Shown here piece after piece: positions 56,981 to 64,000 of a stretch of 64,000 bases of DNA (positions within the stretch are counted from its first letter, which is position 1; every line of letters begins with the position of its first letter). The translations under genes and the position numbers were made by a program. Below the pieces are notes generated by a model. It made no database searches. It was not told the origin of the DNA and was given only the letters and a program-made list of their open reading frames with translations. The stretch comes from an uncultured delta proteobacterium. GTDB lineage: Bacteria; Desulfobacterota; Desulfobacteria; Desulfobacterales; JAHEIW01. The stretch is from the NCBI GenBank assembly GCA_963706575.1, contig CAVPNL010000011.1, positions 1 to 64,000 on the forward strand. The letters are read 5' to 3'.

Positions 56981-58774
56981 ATGAAATTTAATATAAAAAA
57001 ACCGACCGCCTTTTTTGATTCGATTGTGGTTACCGGAATCGCAATGGCCGCCTTTTATTGGATTTGCGAATCCTTTATGTATTTCTTTATGAAACCTGAG
57101 GCAAATTTTATTCAACATTTGCTGGGGCCGAACCAGTTCGAAATTTTTACCCGCCTGCTGGTGTTATGCCTTTTTGCCATTTTTACATCGCACTACAATT
57201 ATATGTTCAACAAAAGTCGCCTGGCAGATAGTGCGCTGCAGGCAAGCGAAGAGAAATACCGTACCATTGTTGAAGGCCTCGAAGAGGGCTATTTTGAAAT
57301 TGATCTTGACCGAAACCTGACCTTTTTCAATGATCCCCTCTGTAAAATACTGGGATATTCGCCCAGCGACCTGTCAGGCAAAAATACCAGCATCTTTACG
57401 TCCCCGGCCACGATCCGCAAAATGGATCAAATTTATGCCCGGCTTAAAAAAACTGGGGAACCTATTCGGGTAACCGACTATGATGCCATCGGTAAAGCAG
57501 GCGACAGCATCGCTCTGGAACTGACGGCATCCCTGTTGCGAAATTCGAGCGGCTCACCCATCGGGTTCCGGGGTGTTTTGCGGGATGTATCCGAAAGAAA
57601 AGAGGCCGAAGCGCAGAATCGAAAGCTGGAAGTTCAGGTTCGGCAGGCCCAGAAAATGGAATCCATCGGCACCCTGGCCGGGGGTATTGCTCATGATTTC
57701 AACAATATTCTCATGGGTATACAGGGGAATGCCTCACTGATGGCATTAAAAACCGATCCGGTGCATCCCAATTATGAAAAGATAAAAAATATTGAAACCT
57801 ATGTCCAAAACGGCACGGAGTTGACCCGGCAGCTGCTGGGTTTTGCCCGCAGGGGTAAGTATCACGCCATTGCCACGGACATAAATGACGTTATCGACAA
57901 ATCCGCCACCATGTTCGGGCGCACCAAAAAGGAAATCCGGATTCAGATGGGTCTGGTACCGGATATATGGACCGTGGAAGTTGATCGCGGGCAGATCGAA
58001 CAGGCACTTTTAAACCTTTACGTAAACGCATGGCAGGCCATGCCGCGGGGTGGCGATCTGTATCTTAAAACTGAAAATGTCATCCTGGATGCGGAGTTTG
58101 TAAACGCCAAACCTTATAAAGTCGAAGCCGGGGATTACATCAAGATCACCGTGACCGATACGGGAATCGGCATCGACAAAGAAACCCGCGAGCGGATTTT
58201 CGAACCCTTTTTCACGACCAAAGAAATGGGACGGGGCACCGGGCTGGGGTTGGCTTCGGTATACGGTGTTATTAAAAACCATGAAGGCTATATAAATGTT
58301 TATAGTGAAATCGATCAGGGAACCACGTTTAGCATTTATTTGCCGGCATCCCGCAAAAAGATTCAAAAACAAATGGAAAAGACCGTTGCGAGCGTGGCGA
58401 TGGGTACCGGTACCATTTTACTGATCGATGATGAGGAAATGATCATTAAAGTGGGAAAAGAGCTTTTGCAGGAGCTGGGCTATAAGGTCATGTCGGCCGG
58501 AAGCGGGCAGGAGGCCATCGAATTATATAAAAAGAATGCCGATAAAATCGATCTGGTCATTATGGACATGATTATGCCCGGAATGAGCGGTGGCGAAACT
58601 TTTGATCGCCTCAAAGAGATTAACCGCGATATTAAGGTGCTGCTTTCAAGCGGATACAGTATCAATGGACAGGCCTCCAAAATTTTAGAGCGCGGCTGTG
58701 ATGGATTTATTCAAAAACCGTTCAACCTGATCCAGCTGTCAGATAAAATTCAGCAGATTATCATCAAGAGATAG
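56981..58774 (+). CDS. PAS hybrid histidine kinase with C-terminal receiver
   Basis: 2 TM, PAS, QKMESIGTLAGGIAHDFNN, FFTTKEMGRGTGLGL, receiver LIDDE..MDMIMP..QKP. Confidence 0.93.
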   Translation: MKFNIKKPTAFFDSIVVTGIAMAAFYWICESFMYFFMKPEANFIQHLLGPNQFEIFTRLLVLCLFAIFTSHYNYMFNKSRLADSALQASEEKYRTIVEGLEEGYFEIDLDRNLTFFNDPLCKILGYSPSDLSGKNTSIFTSPATIRKMDQIYARLKKTGEPIRVTDYDAIGKAGDSIALELTASLLRNSSGSPIGFRGVLRDVSERKEAEAQNRKLEVQVRQAQKMESIGTLAGGIAHDFNNILMGIQGNASLMALKTDPVHPNYEKIKNIETYVQNGTELTRQLLGFARRGKYHAIATDINDVIDKSATMFGRTKKEIRIQMGLVPDIWTVEVDRGQIEQALLNLYVNAWQAMPRGGDLYLKTENVILDAEFVNAKPYKVEAGDYIKITVTDTGIGIDKETRERIFEPFFTTKEMGRGTGLGLASVYGVIKNHEGYINVYSEIDQGTTFSIYLPASRKKIQKQMEKTVASVAMGTGTILLIDDEEMIIKVGKELLQELGYKVMSAGSGQEAIELYKKNADKIDLVIMDMIMPGMSGGETFDRLKEINRDIKVLLSSGYSINGQASKILERGCDGFIQKPFNLIQLSDKIQQIIIKR

Positions 58775-58934
58775 GTTCAAGGGTTCAGCGTTTGTCTATT
58801 CGGTTTAAGGCGGGTAATTTTTTTGTTAAATTTGTTTTATTGGTTTCATTGGTTTAATTAGTTGAATTAGTGAATTATCCGAACCAATCGAACAAATCAG
58901 ACCAATTGAACTAATAAAACCGGCCTTTAGGCCT
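58773..58934. repeat. Family A/B element between convergent genes
   Basis: Touches both stop codons; 9-mer arms; AACCGGCCTTTAGGCCT linker (reverse complement). Confidence 0.8.
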
Positions 58935-61033
58935 TACAGCTCAAAGACCACCGGTTCCCGTAATATCATCTCAATTGCCCGGTCGGCCGTTACGGCCGCA
59001 TCGGGAAATACCTGCCGGAGCGCGCGGATATGCCGCAGATTGTCTGCGGTTCTCAGGATCAGCATCACCAGGTCCCCTTCCTCCATCTCGGCCTGGATTT
59101 GTACCTTCTCCCACTGTTCTCCGTTGGCCCAGGCATAAATTGCCGCCACCGGTCTTAAGTGAAAAGGGCGTGCTTCAAATCCGCGATCCTGCATCTGCCA
59201 GGCAAAAGGCCTTAACCCTTTGACGACCCTGTAGAATGCGTCCAAAAGCGGTCGGGGGAGGCGCTTTTTGTGAATTTTGGTATCGGATTCGCGTTCATTG
59301 ACAAAGGCCGCGATGATCGCTGCCAGAAGGCCCGGCTCGGATTTCGGCAGGATGCCCAGCTGAAAGCCCTCGGCAATTAAAAGCGGCTGGTCCACCCGCA
59401 ATTGACTGGTCCATTTTCCCTTCTCGGTCAACTCTCCGCTGCCGGTGACGTAAGCGCTGTCCTTAAGAAAATCCAGATGCTGCAAAAAATCACCCCAAAG
59501 AATGCGGCGGCGGTCTTTGCGGGATTTTTTTTGGGGGGTCTTTCGGAGTAAATAGGATGCAAACGAGCGACCGAGCAAATCTTTAACCTGATCGGGGCTA
59601 TGCGACAGCAGCAGATTCAGTACCATTGAAAAATTAATTTTGATTTGACTGGCAACGTCCGAAGCCCTTGTCTGAAACAATTTCGCCATCCAGCGAACAT
59701 CCATGAATTTGTTGGGCAGCAGCAGGGCGAAACCGATATTATCCATGCCTCTGCGGCCGGCCCGGCCGGTCATCTGATGAAACTCGGTGGCATCCAGCGG
59801 CAGAAACTGGGTTCCGTTAAAACGGTCTGAATTTAAAAAGACCACCGTACGGGCCGGGAAATTCACACCGGCCGCAACCGTGGATGTGGCAAATACCGCA
59901 TCCAGCAAACCCTCGCTCATCAAGCGCTCGAGCATCAGTTTCCAGGCCGGCAACTGGCCGGCATGGTGCGAACCCAGTGCCAGGTTCTCAAGAAACCAGC
60001 GTTGACGATGATGAATCACATGCGGACTTTGATGAGCTGACGTTTCAATCCGTTCTTTGAGAACGGCATTTCGGCCGGGGTCCGCTAACCATTTTCTGCG
60101 GCACTGCTCCAGGGCGCGGTCGCAATCCGCCCGGGATTTCAGGAAAAAAATGGCCGGAAGAAGGTCATATTTCTTCAATACTTTCAGAACATCGTCAAAA
60201 GGCAGCAGATAATCCGGCATCCGGCGGTATCGCGAGCCTTTGGTTTTTAAAAAATCGGCGACTTTTTTATAAATTTTTTCTTTGCCTGCGGTTTTTGCAG
60301 GCTCGGTTAACGGCAGCAGGGTACCGGAAGGATGTAAAAAAAGCGGGGCCAGCGGCACCGGTCTCTTGTACTCCCTGATAACCGTGCAGCGGGATGAGCG
60401 AATCGAAGAAAGCCAGCCGGCGATTTGGTCGGCATTGCCGATGGTTGCAGAGAGCAATAAAAGCGGGATGCGCTGTGGCAGATAAATCATGATTTCTTCC
60501 CAGACCACCCCGCGGTCCGGATCTCCCAAAAAATGCGCCTCGTCCAGAACCACAAAATCTGCCGCCAGTAATTCACCGCGGTGCATGGCATCATAGAGCT
60601 GGTTTCGCAAAATTTCAGTGGTTCCCACAATGATCGAAGCGTCCGTATTTTCTTTACGGTCCCCGGTTAATATACCAACATGCTGCCGGCCGAAGATGGC
60701 GGAAAATTCCGCATATTTGGCATTGCTCAGCGCTTTCAAAGGGCAGGCATACCAGGATCTTCCGCCGCCGGCATGAATGCGGGCGATGGCTTTTTCGGCG
60801 ATCCAGGTTTTTCCGGAACCGGTCGGCGCGGTCACCAGACAATCGCTGCGCTCTAACGCGGAGATGGCATCGAGCTGGAAGGCATCCGGTGTGAAAGACG
60901 GGTTTTCGGGCACGCCGATTTCAGCAAAAATTTTTCGGAGTCCTGCATCGGCGCCCGGTTTCAGATGGGGGTGTTTGGGTTTCTTGCGGGGGTAACGCCG
61001 TGGCCGCAAGAAACGTTTGCTGCGTTTTGCCAT
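58934..61033 (-). CDS. Ski2/HelY-like DEAH-box helicase
   Basis: APTGSGKT, PLKALSN, LDEAH, LSAT, HHAG, QMTGRAGRRG, EEGDLV. Confidence 0.9.
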   Translation of the reverse strand: MAKRSKRFLRPRRYPRKKPKHPHLKPGADAGLRKIFAEIGVPENPSFTPDAFQLDAISALERSDCLVTAPTGSGKTWIAEKAIARIHAGGGRSWYACPLKALSNAKYAEFSAIFGRQHVGILTGDRKENTDASIIVGTTEILRNQLYDAMHRGELLAADFVVLDEAHFLGDPDRGVVWEEIMIYLPQRIPLLLLSATIGNADQIAGWLSSIRSSRCTVIREYKRPVPLAPLFLHPSGTLLPLTEPAKTAGKEKIYKKVADFLKTKGSRYRRMPDYLLPFDDVLKVLKKYDLLPAIFFLKSRADCDRALEQCRRKWLADPGRNAVLKERIETSAHQSPHVIHHRQRWFLENLALGSHHAGQLPAWKLMLERLMSEGLLDAVFATSTVAAGVNFPARTVVFLNSDRFNGTQFLPLDATEFHQMTGRAGRRGMDNIGFALLLPNKFMDVRWMAKLFQTRASDVASQIKINFSMVLNLLLSHSPDQVKDLLGRSFASYLLRKTPQKKSRKDRRRILWGDFLQHLDFLKDSAYVTGSGELTEKGKWTSQLRVDQPLLIAEGFQLGILPKSEPGLLAAIIAAFVNERESDTKIHKKRLPRPLLDAFYRVVKGLRPFAWQMQDRGFEARPFHLRPVAAIYAWANGEQWEKVQIQAEMEEGDLVMLILRTADNLRHIRALRQVFPDAAVTADRAIEMILREPVVFEL

Positions 61034-61789
61034 CAGAGCTTTGAGATCATCGCCTTTACGCGGTCTTTTGACGGCGAATCAACGTCAAACGGCGAGGCCC
61101 CGTTGAGATCCGCTTCGATCAATGCTTCATCATAGGGGAGAAAACCGAGGAATTCAAAATCGTCCAGGTGGGTTTGCAGAAATTTTTCGTCTTTTGCCCC
61201 GCGGACCTTGTTGCCGACAACGGCAATGTGGTTCAGTCCGATTTCTCCGGCCAGCTTGCGGATATGTTCGGCGGTATCGATGCTGCGCCTTCCCGGCTCC
61301 ACCACCACGATCAGTTTGTCAACAGCCTTTGCCGTTGCCCGGCCCAGGTGCTCGATGCCGGCCTCCATATCCATGACCACCACTTCATCGCGAGCCAGCA
61401 CGATGTGCATGACCAGGGCCCTGAGCAAGGCACTTTCGGGGCAGATACAGCCGGATCCGCCTTTTTTGATACCGCCCAGGCGCATGAGTTTGATACCCTC
61501 AAAACCGACCGATACCGCATCCGGCAGGTCATCCACTTTGGGATTGAGCTTGAAATAGCCGCCGATGCTGCCGGGTTTCGCACCGGTTCTTTCAAATATG
61601 AGTTCTTCCATTTCAGCGATGGGCACGATTTTATCGGAATCGGCAATTCCTAAAGCGGCAGCCAGATTGGCGTCCGGATCCGCATCGATGGCCAATACGC
61701 GTTTACCCTCAGCATTGAGGGTGCGAATCATTAAAGACGGCAAATGTCGTCTTTCCAACGCCGCCTTTACCGCTGACTGCCAGTTTCAT
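61033..61789 (-). pseudogene. cooC: CooC-family Ni-insertion ATPase, frameshifted by one extra base near 61738-61740
   Basis: MKLAVSGKGGVGKTTFA from 61789 in one frame; SLMIRTL..IDADPDANL..GSGCICPE..DMEAGIEHLGR in the next. Confidence 0.85.
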
Positions 61790-61826
61790 AATTTTATCCT
61801 CGATTTTTATAAAGTTGAGTTCATCA

Positions 61827-61918
61827 AGTGTTTAGTATTTGGCGTTTAGTGTTTGGTGGCATAAACGACAAAACGTCATCGGTCAAACAAAACACTAAAC
61901 ACAAAACACCAAACATCT
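61827..61918. repeat. Family F palindromic element
   Basis: gtgtttagtatttggcgtttagtgtttgg ... aaacactaaacacaaaacaccaaaca. Confidence 0.75.
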
Positions 61919-62054
61919 AGTTACAGAATCTAACATAATTGCAATATAACACAGGAAATCATTGCAGCAAGTACAAAAGAAACGAGCAGCGCATCTGCGC
62001 TGCTCGTTTTGGATTTCGAACTGATTTTAGCGGCCTGTCAATTATGCGGCGGAC

Positions 62055-62438
62055 TTATCTTGACCATGATCCCGGTCGTTCCACCGTGGATTCGACCCTG
62101 GACAAAGATGCTGGGACGCTGTCTTTAAATGTCAAGGTACCTCCGGCCAGGCTCGGTTCATCGGTACCCCACTGATAATCATTGCCTAAGAAGGGATCGA
62201 TAAACCCGAATGTTTTCTCATCACTGACCCATCCGGAAACCGATATTTTTTCATTCGACCAGGTCAGGGTTTCGCGGCCGTTGAGTTCGGCAATTCCGGC
62301 ATCGATGGCTCTTTGCCGGGCGCTCTCATCCAGGCTCACATATTTGGGAACGGCAATCGCCGCCAGAATGCTTAAAATCACCATCACAGCGATGATTTCA
62401 AGCAAGGTAAACCCCATATCTCCGCGGTAATTATTCAT
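62055..62438 (-). CDS. Type IV pilin-like protein
   Basis: G|FTLLEIIAV prepilin cleavage motif; paralogous to the upstream pilin; start uncertain. Confidence 0.85.
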   Translation of the reverse strand: MNNYRGDMGFTLLEIIAVMVILSILAAIAVPKYVSLDESARQRAIDAGIAELNGRETLTWSNEKISVSGWVSDEKTFGFIDPFLGNDYQWGTDEPSLAGGTLTFKDSVPASLSRVESTVERPGSWSR

Positions 62439-62473
62439 TCTCGGAAATAATTTTCGAAAACTAGCTGATAAAT

Positions 62474-62875
62474 TTATTGACGTTTCCACACTGCCGGTTG
62501 ACCTGTAGTGGATACGTCGCGCACCAGAGTTACCTGTGTTCCCTTAAATAGAATAGTAGCTGGGCTGGCGGTCGGTACTGAAACCCAGCTGTAGTCGCCG
62601 CCAAGATCGTAGTTCACACAGCCAGCACCCGCGCAATTAAGGTTACCGTCTCCATCATAACCGGCTGTGGAAATTTTGTGATCCGCCCAGGTCAAGCTTT
62701 CGCGGCCGTTGAGCTCCGATATGGCGGCGTCGATGGCGCGTTCCTTGGCATTGGATTCCAGGTCGATATAGCGGGGAACAGCCACCGCGGCCAGAATTCC
62801 TAGAATAATCAGAACCGCAATAATTTCGACCAGGGTGAAGCCCTCCTGGTTTCTCAAGATTTTTTGCTTTTTCAT
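62474..62875 (-). CDS. Type IV major pilin-like protein
   Basis: MKKQKILRNQEG|FTLVEIIAVLIILGILAAVAVP; AAGGAAGG RBS. Confidence 0.88.
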   Translation of the reverse strand: MKKQKILRNQEGFTLVEIIAVLIILGILAAVAVPRYIDLESNAKERAIDAAISELNGRESLTWADHKISTAGYDGDGNLNCAGAGCVNYDLGGDYSWVSVPTASPATILFKGTQVTLVRDVSTTGQPAVWKRQ

Positions 62876-62992
62876 AATCAATTTTCCTTCCTTCCCTTTA
62901 TTCTTATTTTCTGAATTCAGTAAAAGAGGATTTTACTCGCAGCACCGGCTGCAAAATCTCCCTTTTTGAAATGCTGTTTGGACTCAAATTAA

Positions 62993-63008
62993 TGCACAAA
63001 TAATGCCA
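62993..63008 (-). promoter_or_regulatory. Sigma54 -24/-12 promoter for the pilin genes
   Basis: TGGCATTATTTGTGCA (GG-N10-GC), directly downstream of a sigma54 activator gene. Confidence 0.75.
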
Positions 63009-63151
63009 TAAAAAAGACGAACCCCACGTTGCTATTATATTGATAATTATTTTAGTTACTTATTGACAAATTCCGCAGATACATAATTGGTGGGATTTGT
63101 CAGGAGATACTAAATTCTACAAAATTTGGAGTCAATTTGCAAGTTGACGCA

Positions 63152-64000
63152 TCAAATTTCGTTGTTTTTAATGCTTTTGACATCGATCCCGTGTTTTTTG
63201 ATACGGTGCCAGAGGCTGCGCTGATTGATCCCTAAAAGTTCGGTGGCTCTGATCTGGACACCGCCAGTTTTTCGCAGAGCTTCGATGATCATGCTTTTTT
63301 CGATTTCATCGAGACGTTCATCCAATGGCAGGTTGACCGGCAGCAAAATTTTGTTGGTTCCGTTGCCGTTATTAAATTGACCGGTGATTTTGGCGGGTAA
63401 CTGGGCGGGTTCGATATAGCCGGTTTCGGCAATGACGGCAGCACTTTCGATAGTGTTTTTAAGCTCCCGGATATTTCCGGGCCATGGAAAAGCCATGAGC
63501 ATCTGCAGGGCCACCGAGGAAATTTCGATTTTCTTGGGAAGGCTCTGTAAAAAATAGTCAACCAGCAACGGAATGTCTTCCTTGCGTTCCCGCAGCGGTG
63601 GCAAATGCAGGGTAAACACATTGAGACGATAAAAAAGATCTTCTCTAAAACGGCCTTCCTGGACCATTTTTTCAAGATTCTGATTGGTTGAGGCGATAAA
63701 ACGGACATCCACTTTAATGGTACTGCTGCCGCCGACCCGATAAAACTCCTTTTCCTGGATGACGCGCAATATCTTGGATTGCAGATTTAAAGGCATGTCG
63801 CCGATTTCATCCAGGAATATGGTCCCCCGATGGGCCATATCAAATTTGCCGGGCTTGAATTTGGTTGCACCGGTAAAGGCGCCTTTTTCATGACCGAATA
63901 ATTCGCTTTCCAGCAGTTCTTCGGGGATCGCCGCACAATTGAGCTTAATAAACGGTTTATTTCTTTGGTCACTGTTTTCAAAGATGCTGACGGCAATCAG
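63152..64000 (-). CDS. Sigma54-dependent activator (PilR-like), 5' end outside the window
   Basis: Frame open to the window edge: [47 protein letters not shown], Fis-type HTH. Confidence 0.9.
   Translation of the reverse strand: MIAVSIFENSDQRNKPFIKLNCAAIPEELLESELFGHEKGAFTGATKFKPGKFDMAHRGTIFLDEIGDMPLNLQSKILRVIQEKEFYRVGGSSTIKVDVRFIASTNQNLEKMVQEGRFREDLFYRLNVFTLHLPPLRERKEDIPLLVDYFLQSLPKKIEISSVALQMLMAFPWPGNIRELKNTIESAAVIAETGYIEPAQLPAKITGQFNNGNGTNKILLPVNLPLDERLDEIEKSMIIEALRKTGGVQIRATELLGINQRSLWHRIKKHGIDVKSIKNNEI

Overview
Bacterial chromosomal window whose gene content (orp-type NifB/NifX + P-loop Fe-S ATPase cluster, HdrC/HdrD-like selenoprotein, CooC, HDOD signalling, PilR/pilins) points to an anaerobic deltaproteobacterium, probably Desulfobacterales-like (inference). 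Bases 1-8440 look like a decayed island ending at tRNA-Asn. It holds a truncated large serine recombinase that reads into the tRNA, an ISAzo13-family IS with a likely -1 frameshift, an IHF fragment and an arginase/M24-peptidase chimeric pseudogene. The rest is mostly housekeeping and signalling genes (polA, dusB, mnmG, ddl, purE, TsaC/Sua5, tRNA-Met, tRNA-Leu). The most striking unexplained structure is that many intergenic gaps from about 14.6 kb onward carry palindromic elements built from inverted arms of 7-10-bp tandem units, in several families and often nested. Two of them enclose the same truncated 5' stub of a four-helix-bundle (23S-IVS protein/Avd-like) gene, which suggests a gene-carrying mobile or RNA-processing element with many empty derivatives. 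The ORF track also misses a UGA-readthrough (Sec) Fe-S protein with a SECIS-like hairpin, two +1-frameshifted P-loop ATPases, a shared palindromic operator, sigma54 and sigma28 promoters, a MITE and a candidate sRNA. All homology calls come from motif recognition by eye; no searches were run.
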